Source: Bugula neritina
Taxonomy: Eukaryota > Animalia > Bryozoa
NCBI GenBank assembly: GCA_964035545.1
Contig: OZ037767.1
Coordinates: 26,924,628-26,988,627 of the forward strand
Length of the DNA: 64,000 nt
Direction: 5' to 3'
The notes below the pieces were generated by a model. That model was not told the DNA's origin, searched no databases, and saw only the letters and a program-made list of their open reading frames with translations. Positions 13,928-28,400 of the stretch are shown here, one piece after another; positions within the stretch are counted from its first letter, which is position 1, and every line of letters starts with the position of its first letter. Position numbers and translations under genes: made by a program.

Positions 13928-15731
13928 AGTCTTCCTGACTTTCATACAATCTACAACCTCACCCGCTACTAATCTATGATATGTTATTTTATAGTTTACT
14001 TTAAATGTGTTGCAATCAGCACGATCTTTGCTGTAATTCGTTATTTTACTTACAATTTAACTTTTTACATATACTGACCTCGCAACTAACTAGGTGCATC
14101 TACATTGTCAAAGTTCTAGGACCCAAGTTCTGTTAATTTAGTAATTTATTACTACTTTAAATGTAACCTGACTAATTCATTAGTTACAACAAGCATCATG
14201 CCCTCAGTAATTAGTAATGGCAGCTTTCTATGGTTTAATTAATAATCAATAATTCACCATGTAAAGGTAATTAGATATAACATGTGATTTGGGAGTTATC
14301 TTATTTAATCTAGTTTCAAGGTCAACTGTGCTTTTGTATATTTATTGCTGCCGTACAACATACTACTGATAGTAAGCAAGGTGCGACAGCTGATTTCAAG
14401 TTGCTATTTTAAACTCGATAGTATTACATTCTGGTCAACGAGATCTCTTGAACTATCATTGTGAACCTTCGATTGAATTCAATTATTATAATAGCAGCAT
14501 GGGAGGTTAGCTAGAGTCAGTGCCAGCTGGTAAGTGTTGCCGCAAACATAATCTCATTAATAACTGGCACTAGCTGTTATATACACGTGTAAATGTTTAT
14601 AGTTGTGAATGTTATGTTTACTAGCAGTAGCTCGGTATAGGAGCATATCTCAGTTCTGCTGTAGTCATTATCAATGGGGATAATTAGAGGTACGGTTTGG
14701 TTATTTACATGTTCTTTGACTGCTTAAGGTAATTTATGTAATATTTTAACTCACAGCTAAAGCTATATGTTTTATTCTAATATAAATGCTGTAAGGGATA
14801 AATAATCCAGAAATACTCACAATTGTATTAATGCATTATATAATTAATGATTTATAAAAATAGCATGAATGACTTAATATATTATGTAATAATTATATAT
14901 TGATAAGAAAAGCATTAGTTAAAAGGTGTTATATGCTGAATCTGATAAGATATGTTGATTTAATAAAATATTATCACTAACATTTCAAATCTGCCCATTC
15001 CATGAGTTAAACTGAAATTTGGCCTTAGTGACGGTTAAATATTTTATTTCTTTTGGTGCATTTTAATAACTCCAACGTATGCAATATTTCAAATACAAGA
15101 ACGAAGCCACCAGTTTGCTATGTATTATTAATATCATGGTACTATAATATTTTTGGTATTAATTACGAAGAGTTGAATATGTGTGCATGATAGAAAAATT
15201 CCACCACACTGTATGTAGCACAGGGTTCTAGTAACACCTGCACATGGCTTTTCTTTTATTATATTGCAATAGTCAATAATCTTTTTAAACTTGTTTATAA
15301 ATTGATATTGTGAATTAAATTTCAACCATCTAGTATTAGTAGAGCTGCTGCTGGTTTTTTAGATACGGAGTATGAGTATCTACTCCTTCATTAATAATTC
15401 AGTTGTTTAGTGAAATTTACTTGTAAGCTTAAGCGCATACACAGTTGCTGTTTGTAATATCTTGCTTTAAAAAGAAGGAAGATTTCATGTCGAATAACAG
15501 ATGTGAGTATTCTAAACTAAACTAATGGAGGATGTAATTTATGGAGTAAATACTAAATACATAATATAGTATGTATCGTAATTAGTTGAATATCCCACGA
15601 GGGTTCAGTCCATCATTATTATTTAATTAACTCAATACTTTATGCTTTCCCATTCAACTGCCATGTTTCATTCTATGTATTTGCATATTTTACCAATATT
15701 TTCCTTGGATCATAGCTTCATCTGTTTGTAG

Positions 15732-15771
15732 GCCGACGATAGTAGACTCATTTAGTTGCATTTCTCCTCAC
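15732..15771 (+). other. Candidate 5' UTR exon of the NMDA receptor gene
   Basis: Bounded by TTTGTAG and GTATGT. The GluN1 ATG exon has an acceptor (TTTGTAG ending at 16455) 5 nt before the ATG, which implies upstream non-coding exons. Confidence 0.35.
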
Positions 15772-15987
15772 GTATGTAGATTTGTATACTGTCAACAGTC
15801 TATACCAATTATATACACTTGGAGATTAAATCTGCTTTCAGTTCAGCTATAAACTGTAGATTTTAAAAATCACCACTTCTACACATTCATGTGATGCTAT
15901 ATCGTTCGCCCAGATGTTGGAACCAAATGGTTACTACAAGTAACTGTGGTGTACTTAGTGAAACATTGACTCAATCGGCTGGAAACT

Positions 15988-16274
15988 TATCTGTGGTAAT
16001 GTAATACTATATACTATTCACTATACTCGTACAGCTATATATACTATTCACTATACTCGTACAACTATATCTGTGGTAATGTAATACTATATACTATTCA
16101 CTATACTCGTACAGCTATATTAGTAATGTAATACTATATACTATTCACTATACTCGTACAACTATATATACTATTCACTATACTCGTACAAATATATCTG
16201 TAATGTAATACTATATACTATTCACTATACTCGTACAACTATATATACTATTCACTATACTCGTACAAATATAT
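15988..16274. repeat. ~30-bp minisatellite (TATACTATTCACTATACTCGTACAAC) with a higher-order structure
   Basis: About 7 copies of the core interspersed with GTAATGTAATACTA blocks. Confidence 0.9.
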
Positions 16275-16460
16275 CGGTTTTGCAATCATTTTACTGTTTT
16301 AAAACCTGAAATAGATTTAAGACTTTTTTCTAGTGCCTTAGGAAATAATATGAGGTGTGCAGTAAATTCATGCCAAGTCTTTCCTTTACACCTTCAATAA
16401 AATAATAGCATGATTCTTTATAGCCTTTTAAAGTATGTGCATGAATGTTTTGTAGAAGCC

Positions 16461-19400
16461 ATGTTTAGCCTATTACTGGTGGCTTCACTCCTTACAATGC
16501 CCCGTGAATGCCAATTCCAGGGAGATAAGATTCTCACCATTGCTGGCGTACTGTCCTCAGAAAACCACATAGCCATGTTTACCAATATTATTGGTAATCT
16601 CACAGCTCCAACAGGATATAAATATAGGAGTTATGCCATCTCACCAAAAACCAATCCTGTGGCTACGGCCAATGAAATCTGTGACACTGTTATTCCTGAG
16701 AAGGTTTGTATGCATTGCCATAACTGATTGCAATTTGTTGGGATAATTCAAACTGTTTGTTAAATTGCTGCAGATATGCTTTAGCATTTAATTTCTTGTC
16801 ACTTTAAGAAATGAACCGCTTCATTAGTCTATTGACGAAGAAGAAATCAATAAGTATTTATTTTGAGGGTAACTTCAGGAAAATGTGCAACTCAAGTGCA
16901 TCATAGTATATGTAGCCTATTATAATGATATTCATACCATATCTACTTATTAGCAACATGCATTCAAGTTCTGTTGAATCAGATACATATTATAGCTTGT
17001 GCAATAAGTGTGTTCCAGCTAGCCTATTGTGAATGTCGCACAGTAATGAAACCGTGCGAAGAGTACACATTTATGCTAAAGTCATCTCTATTTGAAATAA
17101 TGAAACAATTTCAATAGTCTAAATTCACTTCTATTAGGAATTTAATTTAAGATCTTCCAGTCATATTTTTATGAAAATGTACTGGTGGCTTATGTTGTTA
17201 AAGCTTGTCACTTAAAGAAAAGCTTTTTTAAGTGTCAGTATAAACCTACTTCTTAGTTGCCATCACAGTTGATGCACCCACTCCAGAATAAAACTCACGT
17301 AATTTTATAGTCACCATCCCTGTGAGAAAACCCCGATGGAAAGGGTTTTTGTTAAATCAGGCTAAGGACTTATTCAGATGAGGCCCATGAACAATTATGA
17401 CTGGATTCGCTTTCTAACATCACCAATGTTCTTTGTCGGGGTTCGAACCCATGACTTCGTGCTTACTAGGAAAACGTTCTAAGCCCTAGACCACGGCTGC
17501 TCCCTGCACCCATTCCAGAATGATAACATATAATACAGGCTTATAACATAGGCTACATTCTAAAAACTATTTTTTAAGAAATTTTTTGAGCAAACTAACT
17601 TATATCACAACTTGGTATATGAGCTCAAAGTACATTAATATAAATATATTTAGCATAGACTTCAGTTTTTGCAATTATTGCCTCCTGTATAAAAAATTGA
17701 TTGCATGTCTAATGGCCTCTCATAATATCTAAAAACTCTTGTTAGATGCAAGCAGCTGAACATGTCAAGTGCTTTGAGTTCCTTTTGTTTCTTTAAATTG
17801 TTTCCTTGTAACAAGTGGCCCAACTAACCTTTGATTTGTCTATTACTTCATTAGGCTACTAGGTTTTCCCAGTGCATTGATCCGAGGGTCCACTTCATAG
17901 TAGTATTTGTAATTTACTAAATGGAAGCTAATGCATTGTCATCAGATATTACCAAGTCTTAGTAGTTGAACTTATGTACAATAACCTACAGATCTTTGCT
18001 TTTACTCTTGATGAAAGTGCATGAGTTGAATTATTAAAATGGGGTACAAAGTTAGAATGGAATCTTGTAGCAAATTAAAAATTGTTTTAAAATAGAGACA
18101 GCATAATAATCATAATGATGATGTGTCAGATGGTCTGTAGGCTTTATTAGTGTAACATTTTAGTTATAATATCAATACTAAGTAATATGTTTTCCAGATT
18201 AGATATAAATAATTTAGTCATAAGCTCTAGCATCGGTTAATGAGGACACTGTTTCATTTTCTATTATTACTTACTGTTTATCCAACATTTGTTATTTTTT
18301 TAATTTATGTTGATGGTATAAATGTTATCCATTTGTATTTTGGTGAGTTTGTACTGTTGTAGGTAGTGACTGTGATATACGAAGTCGAACCGGCCAGAGA
18401 TAAGCTCATGTCTTCAGTACCATATATATTTGAGTTCTATAGAATACCTGTAATAGGTGTGTCTTCTAGGAGCAGCATATTCTCTAGCAATGTAAGTTTT
18501 ATAATACTGTGATATGCAATCACCCACCCAATCTCTTTATATATATGCTAAGGCTAGATAGACAAATGTTCAGACTTGCAGTTCTTTGTAATATAGTTAT
18601 GGAGTTACACAAGTGAAGTAACGCAATGGCATGGCTAAAAACAAATTTACATAATTTCTGTGTCTTTAGTATTGCTTAGGTGTGGATATACCAACTTTGA
18701 TAAGGGAAAAAATAAAGATTAATAAAATGGGTATTTTTAAAGGCCAAAACTACAAATAAATCGCTTACTGAATAGGTGACTCAATCAGTGTGTGAATCAA
18801 CTCACTCTCGGTGAGTCTTAGTCACTTTGAGAGTCAATCAGTCTCAGTGAGTGAGTGAATGAGTCAATTTGGGAGTCAGTGAGTCTTTTTCAGTCAGTTT
18901 ATGGGCTAGTGAGTTTTTTGTGTCAGTCATTCAATAGACTTGGGGCTCAGTGATTAGATTAGTTGGTCATGAAAGTCAAATAGTTAGATTTCATAAGTTT
19001 TATGTTAGGATCAAGTTAGTCATGATATAATACTTAGTTCATAGTACTAAAACCTAGTATATTCAAAGTATTTTTAGGTAAAAATAGATTAAGACAGGAC
19101 CTTCGTAAGATTTATACTTGTTAAATGATTTAGCCGTCATAGCCTGGGATAAGTTTGGTAAAAAAAATAAGTTTCTTTTTTAAATTTAAAAACTTTTTTA
19201 CACTTGAGCATGTACAAATATGGGTTCGTTCCAAACTAATTTTTGCTCAGCTTTCTGCTAAATTTGTGAGCAGGGCATGCATGAGAGCCAAGTTGCAGTT
19301 CTCGAATGCTACTAAGTTTTCTCCCCTTGTATCCAGCTTTGTATAAATAAGCAGCCTATACACGGTCTAATTATAATATGGAAAACCATTTGATTACAAT

Positions 19401-22400
19401 GATAGCAGAATATCATTCCGCGTATTCCAACTACAGCGAATAATGAGAAGACGACTCTTCATTGCAAATATTGGTTTTCCTTCCTTTCATTGGATATAAG
19501 ATTTTTTGCTTTGAATGTAGATGCCAGTCATGATAACTTTGAAAGAGTTCGTTTTGAAGTTTATAGTTGATGTTGCTGGATTTTGCTAGCATCGGACTTT
19601 AATTTTATCTGCATCTCCACTTTTCAGTACCAATGAGCTATGTCTATGATTTTTAGATACAGTTTATTCTGTTATTATCAACTGTTATAGGTTTACAATT
19701 ATTCGTGAACTTGTGATGGTTTTTTCATTTAGAAACCAAAGCAGCATTTAATTTTGAAAAAAAACAAGCTGCTAGAATTACTCTACCACGTAGAATTTGA
19801 ATAGAGGAGATGACTTATGCAATTTGTTTTATCTTAGAAATTCCTGTAAATAGTTGTTTAGTTTCCTTAGCCTCATACTTTTACAGTAAGTAAAGGCTAA
19901 AAATTTAAAAAGGTCTTAATGGCTTTGGTTTATGTTACTATATATATTGAAGTTTGAAACTATATAAGTCAACAAATTAAATAAATTGTAATGCTGAACT
20001 TTTTATATTAACTTGACTTCTATAATTAAATATGATGCAGTATACATAATATAACCATGCACATTATACATAAAACATACATTTTCATAGTATATGCAGA
20101 AAGTTATAGTATGACATCCAAATATGGTTTCGGCTGAAAAACTTACATGATTTGAAATTACATATGCATTTTATTAAAAATCATTTTGATAGTTTAGCCA
20201 TCGTTGAAGATCTGAAATATCTAATTGATAATGATCAATGATTATTTGGGGTTGAAACTCGGACAACTTTTTAAAAAAATATTTTCTGACAACACTTTTA
20301 GCAAAAATGTTCTAATATAAATTATATAATATAATATTATGAATATCATGTCAAAAATTATAACTGTTGCATGTATATGGGGTTTGAGGTTCAATGTTCT
20401 GCGTGCATGTGTAATTGAGTCAGGTAGTGTTGGATTTTTTATGCAATAATAAAGAATATACCTAAACCTTGTCCTCCATGATGGTAAGTTAAAGTAAGTC
20501 AAGGTACGTTGTGTATAGGCATCTTCCTCGAAGCCAAGCTTTTTGTGGACTGGTTTAATAGATATTTACGTCTTCCGCTATCAACTAATGAGTTCTTTAC
20601 CTGTAGAATGTTCGTAAAAGTTTACTAAAATTACCAGAACTTGTTGAAAATTAAGTGAAGCTTAGAATTAATTAGTTGAGCATTTTAGATCAGATCTGTG
20701 GTTTTAGCAAATTAGTTGGATTCAGGTATCCGTGTTATATTTAGTATTTTTTTCATTTTTAAAATTGATATAAAGCCCCATAAAGTTTCTTTAATGCTGT
20801 AGTAATTGCATAAATTTTAAATTTTTTTCATCACTCTGATTATGATAGATTTCCTCAAGGAATGGCAGGTACTAACAAATAGTTTTAGTGTGATCACACG
20901 TTCAATGTTATGCTATGTACTAAACCTGTCTCTAGTGTAGTTGTGCTTCATGCATATATTGCACAATACAAGGTATTTTTCCCACTACATTGTAGGTATA
21001 GTTGCATAATACAAGCACTCCACTGACTTTATTTGTACATTTTATCATTAAAAGATTTCTTACCATAGAGTCTTGTATCAGACATCTCATAGTGATCAGC
21101 AACACCTACAATAATATACACCACAGCCTGTAATACAGCTTACAATTATATACAATATATAATAGTATAATATAATTTGAAAATGAATGCTTGTATAACA
21201 CAGTTAGGCCTATTGCTCTAGATAAATCATAAAGTTTATACATATTAGCAGTTCAGGTATAAACCAGGAATTTCAAGAAGTAAACATTTAGCCTTACCTG
21301 TAAACTAATCGCACCAATTACAACGTATTCATACAGCAAATCATATCTGTGGAACAGCAAACCAACATAAACAAGAACAGCATATCCCGGGAATATTAGC
21401 AGATAGCTATCCAGACTGCTATATCTGAAATCGACCAGAAGATGTTTATGTTGTAGTGACCCATCTTTTGTTTGAAAGTAGAATGTGCTTATTCAAAATC
21501 ATCATCTTCTATATTATATCTTTTAAAATACCCTAAACTTGACTCTTGTGCAACACTAACTATATTTACAAGTGTAGGTATTGTAGCAATTGGAATTATA
21601 TTGCTCTATTCTCAGTAAACTTCTCAATTGCTAAAACTAATTGAAAAGTCTAGAATTCTGCCCTTACATTGAAGATTTAGCTTTGGATTGCAAATATTTT
21701 TTTAAAAATTTATTTTTTATAATTGGCTTATCTCCTAAGGTAGTTATAAAAACATGAATGTAGTATAAAATTAAATTCTTGTAGAATATATTATAACAAT
21801 AATATATAACTTTATTATATTAATGTTATATATTATAATTCTATTCTGTAAGCATAGGATTTGCACCATAAGTTGACTATAGCCTGCCTCAATGGTTGCT
21901 CTACTTACTTTATGTAGTCTTTCTGTGTATCTGTCAGTTTGTTAGATTTCCATATAGCACCAATGTTTGTACACACTAGGACTGTCACATGTACCTATCA
22001 TCAACACCATAATAGTATTTATATTATAAATAATAAGTGCTACAAATAGTCCCATTACAGGTAATAATTAATGTGTATTACATGTATCACATGCATGTAG
22101 TTGTTATAAGGTAAATATAGGCCATGACCGATGATGATTTGTATTTAGATTTGTCTACTCATGTAATAGTAGCAATAACATCTGGCAAGCAGCCTATTCA
22201 ATAATTACATCATTACTAAACACTAAAAACAGTGCCATGCAAAAAGTAATAGTTCTAACACTTATAATAATGTATTGCATGCTGTCAGTTTGTAAAACAG
22301 CTAGATGATGAGAAGACAACTGACAAAACACAATGCCTTATTATGACCTCACTTCAAGGTCATTTACTGTAACTGTTCAGGTTTTTTAATAAAATCTAGA

Positions 22401-25400
22401 TCCTACTAACCAGTACACTCTGTTTTATGCCTGCCATATACAATATAGCTAATCTTCCAACAACAGTATTTATTTAAAAAATGAAACCAAGTAAAATACT
22501 AGTAGAGAAAACAAAACAGTTGCAGTATTTTAAACTTATTTTCATTTGGTTTAGTTCACATTTATAATGTAGTTGCTTTGCGTCCTGAATATTAGTGTGA
22601 TTATGATGATTTATTGTACTCACTACGAATATAGAAGAAACTGGTAACAGCTGGAGAAGGAATCCCAATTGTGTGTCGCTTTTAAACCAGCACCTACATT
22701 ACATATATCAACAATTAAACTGTATTTTAATTTGGTATATGCTGTGACATTAGGCTTACATATACTGTTTGTTTCATTTCAATCATCTTTTGTGACAGTT
22801 ATGGTATGGGAGATTCATTCATATTATTATGAACTTTGTTCAGTATCAGTATTAAGATAATGGTGTATCATACAGGTATGCATTATAATTATTTAAGATA
22901 CATCATGACTCATATCTGTTTAATTTTAAATGCTAGAAAATAATTTGTAATGTAATTTAAGCTGTACATTGTTCAACTCACTCTTCAACATCAAGGATGA
23001 CTTCATGATCTGTAATATAATCACTGGAGATGAAAATTGAAACCAGTGTTAGTGGCAAACCTAAAACAGAATTTAAGTAGGTGAGATTTTTCATTAACGT
23101 ATAACTCATTATGTTTTAGTAAAGCCAGTTCTACTGCAAATGAAAATTATGCTACAACCAGAAATCAAATAAATTGCACAAAAAGCTTTACTAAAAACAT
23201 TTTAGTTACTTTTATTTTGTTATTTTATGTCATTTTTAGTTACAGAAATTTAAAGTCTCATCAAACCACAGATTCTCAATAAACTAAATAGTTTTGAATA
23301 GCAAATTTCGAGTCATCTATCACTACAAATTGCTAAGCAATTACAGCTCTTGTTCTTACTTATAATATAGTGTATAGTTTTCTATTTTATTATGACATGG
23401 GCTCTGCATTTTTAATATGAAAACTTATTTTAAGTGTTAGTCTCAGTCTTCAGCTGTTTCAAACTGAGATTTGTTGCTTACAGATTACATATTGAACGAA
23501 ACTTTAGCTGACATAATCACGTTGTACATACCCCATGCTGTAGTATAGTAAATGCATCTTTTGAAGTCCTTCTGGTATAAAACTTGAATGCTGAGAGAAA
23601 CCGTACTGGTTGCCAACCATGTGACTGTAACAATCAGGGCAAACAGTAGGAAGCCCACGTTAACCACACATTCCTGTGAAAATTATATATATACTTCTAT
23701 AGCTGTTATTACCTTTGTTTGGCATTATATCCAACCAATGGTCAAATGATCTAAGTTGTAGATAGATGGTAAATGTCAGAAATAAGTTTACTTGTTAGCT
23801 AAAAAATTATGACTATTCAAGTAGAAAATAGATATTAAGCTCTAAATTTTATCAATAGTAGTTATCATTTTTGTTGTCATAATACATTTGAGATCCTTAA
23901 ATTTGTAATACTATAAGTAATTTCAAGGCTATTATTTTTAATTTTAGACTATGAAGGGGAAGGAATTAATACTTTAAAAGTGTTCAGTGCTAAATTTATT
24001 TATAATATTTAATTTTAATTTAATTGTGGCTCTTTTAGCTTATACCTACAGCTTTGATTTTATTAAATATTCAACACTACACTCTTTGTAATAAATTTTA
24101 CTGCAGAACTTTTAGTCCTATTAGCCATTTTCAAACTGACAAATATGCTTTTGTAGTATGTACACAAATATTATGTTGGAATCAACACATCTCAAAGTTT
24201 AAAATATAAATTGTCAGATTATTTACTAAATTGTTGTAATATACAAACTACAGCTCGTCCAAAAGCTACTATATATTGATGATGCTGAGAATTTTTAACA
24301 TCCAAGGATATTGAAAATGAATAAGATTTGTTTATAATGAAATATCTAATTTGTATATATAATTTATATAGTAATATTGTACATCTAGTTTGTGTAGTAA
24401 TATTGTACATCTAGTTTGTGTAGTAATATTGTACACCTAGTTTGTGTAGTAATATTGTAATGCCAACCTGTATGTTGAGATATTGTTCTTTCATAGTGAT
24501 GAGAGTAACACATAGTAGAATATATGACAGAGTAGTTTGCATGGATATTTCTATTCGAACTTTCAAATATTCTTCTATCGATTTTTCTTTTCTGACGTTA
24601 ACACTAAAACAACATGCATATCTTACTTTAACGTAGCTATACTACACTGCATGTATAACTGTTCCCTATATAAAATTGAGAGTTATGGACACCTAGTTAT
24701 ATGGAGCATTTATTTAATTTATGTTGTAATTAAATATAACTTTCGCACCCTCTGATTTTTAAATTTTTCACAGTATTTGTGCAAAATTATATATTCCTAT
24801 TCGAATCTTAGACAAATTAGCTGCCTATATTTTAAATGCATTAGTTAATGGCAAAGGCAATAATGAGGGATCAAAGAGCTAAATATAGTCCATTTAATCA
24901 TCATTATAATTTTTTGTTTGCTTATTATTGGAATGAAAGTTCAATGCTGAACAAACAACACCAACTTTTAACATATGTACAAATTTTAGCTCAATCAATA
25001 TATTGATATAATTTTCCTTTTTTGACAAATGTTGGTTCTTTAGTTTTTTGCTTGATGTATTTATAGTTGCATTTTTCATCGATTCCCTGCGGTATGTGCA
25101 CTTCAGCCTAATTTTATTAGCATTTAAGTGACATTTTATTTAGGATAATTGATGGAATGGCTGTGCATGGTTTTTTAGTCTTCATATAATAAATTAATCC
25201 ATTATTATAACATAAGTATTTTAAAAGGGGCATAATAAAATTATCAAGTCAAAAAGTTAATATTGATTTGGTGGTTCTATTAGATGTTTGTAGCTTTAAG
25301 ATTTTTTTTCCAAGTAAAGCATTAAACCAAACAATAGAAAAACAAGATATATATAAAGCTTCACATTTCAATGCCTGCTATACACGATATATTTTCTAGT

Positions 25401-28400
25401 CATACGATATATTTTCTAGTCATACGATATATTTTCTAGTCATATACGATATATTATTTTCTAGTCACACGACTTTACATTCTTTAGTTTATTTGATACA
25501 CAAAACCCGCTAATACATCGTTAGTTTTATTATATAATTTTTTGTAAAGTTTTTTTTTATGTATCTGTGTATAAAGAAATCAGTAGCAATAGCCAGCATT
25601 ATTTTGGTAATATTGAGGCAAAGTTGTTATATTTGGTAGCTAAACTTACTTACAGATACTAAAGGTCTATAGAAGTATATACTGTACTATAAGCACTTAC
25701 TATGCATATATCAGTAGCACTAGTAGTATAACAAGCAGAGCAGCACATGTAGCTAGCAGTGTTAAACTCATGTCATCTATTGGTCCTCTCCTTGTCCATG
25801 TGTGCTAAATGACAAATTACAATGCGGACAGTATAGTAAAGTTTGAACAAGCAACATTACATAAATGCAGTGATAACTCAAATATAGTATTCTGTCAAAA
25901 TGTCAGTAAAATGAGTTAAGTCACTTCAATGTATAAATACAACCAAAAAACAATTGTTCTTTAGTGCCGATCAGAGTTTGGGTTTTGATGTGTAGTTTTG
26001 TCTTGAATACGACCTACCATAAACTAAGAATTGCTCTATGTACTATATAGATATTAGCGAAAGTCTCATTAGTTCCTATTGAACTAGGCTCATTGTAATT
26101 TTTTTTAACCTATTTACTTTCACTGCATTAGCCCAATATCCCATTTCAATTAACATTGTAGAAATTTTGATTTATCAAGTTTTTTAATAAAGGTTACTAA
26201 TTTAAAAAGTTTTTGCTTACCACATAATCGGCAGTGTAGTAGTAGTTTCCCATAAGCTCAGACATATTGGTCACATTGGTAACCCCTTCAGCTAGCCTAC
26301 CTCTCCAACATGGCTTATACCTGCCTTATTGATCACCTCTTCTTAATGACTTTGCATTTAGCTGCTGACAATCTATGTTTGAACGCGTTAAACACACATT
26401 TAATAGCTTTGATCTCAGCTTATTTGCTACGTTGATTTTATTGATTTTTATTAAATTTTATTTATTCTGTTTCAATATAAAATACTGTTTCAAATACTAT
26501 AAAAAGTGATACAGGTGCTCATTGAAGTCAACCACACGTTTTTGTGATGTATTCTTGTTTACATAACATATTGGAAATTATTAGAAATTTAGCAGAGCTG
26601 TGATAAATATTTTATAGAACTTTATATCGTATTTAAAGAGATTAGAAGCTACTCTAAAAAAAGTGTTCTCCCCTATTACGTGCCAGCTAACATGTAGGCC
26701 GTAGCTTTAACAATAACTATAACAAATGTTGCTCTTTTTTCACTAAAGTAATAAGTTTTTGCTTGAAGTAGCTTTGACTATTGGTCGTAATGTAAAAAAA
26801 TAATTTTTGAGATCAAGGTAAAACATGGGGTTTAAAATTAGAGAATGATTTTGTGATTTAGTTAGTGTAGGCTACAATCATCTTCAGTCACCAATCAAAT
26901 TACCTATTGTAAACTTGGTGATGTTGAGAAAACTTTTTCTTAATCTTTCAAAATTATGATTAATTTAATATTAATAGTAAATGCTTTTTGTTGCAAATGC
27001 TGAATATTTTAGTTTGAGAAAGTAGTGAGGACAATAAAAGCTCTTTCTGTTCTAGGTATTAGTCATATTGTACACTGAAACAAACCTAAAGCATTACCAG
27101 AAACGGGCAATAATTTGGGAGCAAATATATTTTTTAGGTTTGATATTCAATAATTTTTTAGAAGCATGTTATTTGCAGTTCATTTACACTATTGGTGAAT
27201 TGTAAACTGCATTTTTCTTAGATGCTAGTTTAGCTTTAGCCTAGCTTTGTTATAAGCCTACAAATAAGCAATACTTTTGAATTGTACAAGCTGATATAAT
27301 CTATTCGTTGATATTTTAGTATTCACATCCGTTTTTGCTGCGGACCTTGCCACCCTATTCTTTCGAGTCCATTCTATGGTTCAGAACATTGCAAGACTTT
27401 CAGTATAGAAGTGTAATATTCATCTACACTAATAACATCGAAGGGGAGACAACTTTAAACAACTTTAGGAGTGCTATATTTCAGAGTCATAAAGCGTATG
27501 GACAAAAAAGCTTAGAGGTGAAAACAATATATCATGTCGTACTACTTTGTACGTGATTAAATGTAAGTGGCATAGTGGTGGATGTATGTTTGATATATGT
27601 GCTATTGGGGGGGGGGGGGGGGGGCAAGTAAGACTTGCCTTGGCTAAGTAACACATATTTTTGTAGATTACTGAGTTGATTTTGCTGCAGCCTTATAAGA
27701 AAAACTTCACAGATGAACTACAATCTATACTTGGTAAAGACACAAGAGTTATCCTATTATCTGCCAGGTTCGCAATCTTGTCTTATACACAGTACTTGCA
27801 GACATTGAAATGGTTACTTTTGTCAGTGTACTTTATAGTACGGTCTATAATCTATATTTATAGTCAATGTTTTTGTTTTAATAATAGATAGTTTTGTATC
27901 TTTTATGTATTTTCAAACCCTGTTTTGTATTCATACTTAATTGAACTGTTTGGGGCACAGAAGTTGTGCCATTAGTTTGACTCAATAAATATTCGGATAG
28001 CTTGCTCTGGGGGGGGGGGGATTTTCATCTTGCATTTTTTCTGTATTATAATTGGCCTACCCCATCTAGCAAAACACTATCTATCAAATTCTGATTAATT
28101 GTTGTGATAACATCACAATTTTGACCATCTTTAGCCACTTTAGGTTTTTGTATATTCAAAGCCTTATAAATTCTAATCAATGTTAGGTTCTGTTGGCTAT
28201 AAAATTATTGTCCAAAAACATCATTTGTTGTTCCCTAGTACATTAACAACAACACTGTTGATCATGGAAATAATCTTCTAGCACTTTCACTTTAGGGCAA
28301 TACCTTTACCTTGAGGCAATTTAATGAGTCTCAAAATATAAAGAGTTTTACATAGTAATTAATGGACCTTTCAAACCCACAACATCTAACTTTATGTTGT

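Noticed and set aside
13663-16274. Regular repeat arrays (also 54918-55562) as CRISPR-like arrays
   Set aside because: Head-to-tail minisatellites without unique spacers, in a eukaryotic intron-rich context with no cas genes.
17430-17504. tRNA gene
   Set aside because: A and B boxes are present but I could not form a paired acceptor stem. It continues into a SINE core and tail and is flanked by a TSD.
19390-19645. Additional 3' exon of the nested GPCR
   Set aside because: All frames from the candidate acceptors close within about 20 codons, and the in-frame TGA at 20499 already ends the protein.
20242-20502. ORF containing [10 protein letters not shown], which resembles a TM7 end
   Set aside because: The phase from its acceptor is incompatible with the SLQ exon (phase 0), whereas exon 21105-21064 supplies TM7 in phase.
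27607-28020. Two poly-G runs in GluN1 introns as G-quadruplex regulators
   Set aside because: Simple homopolymers with no supporting evidence of function.
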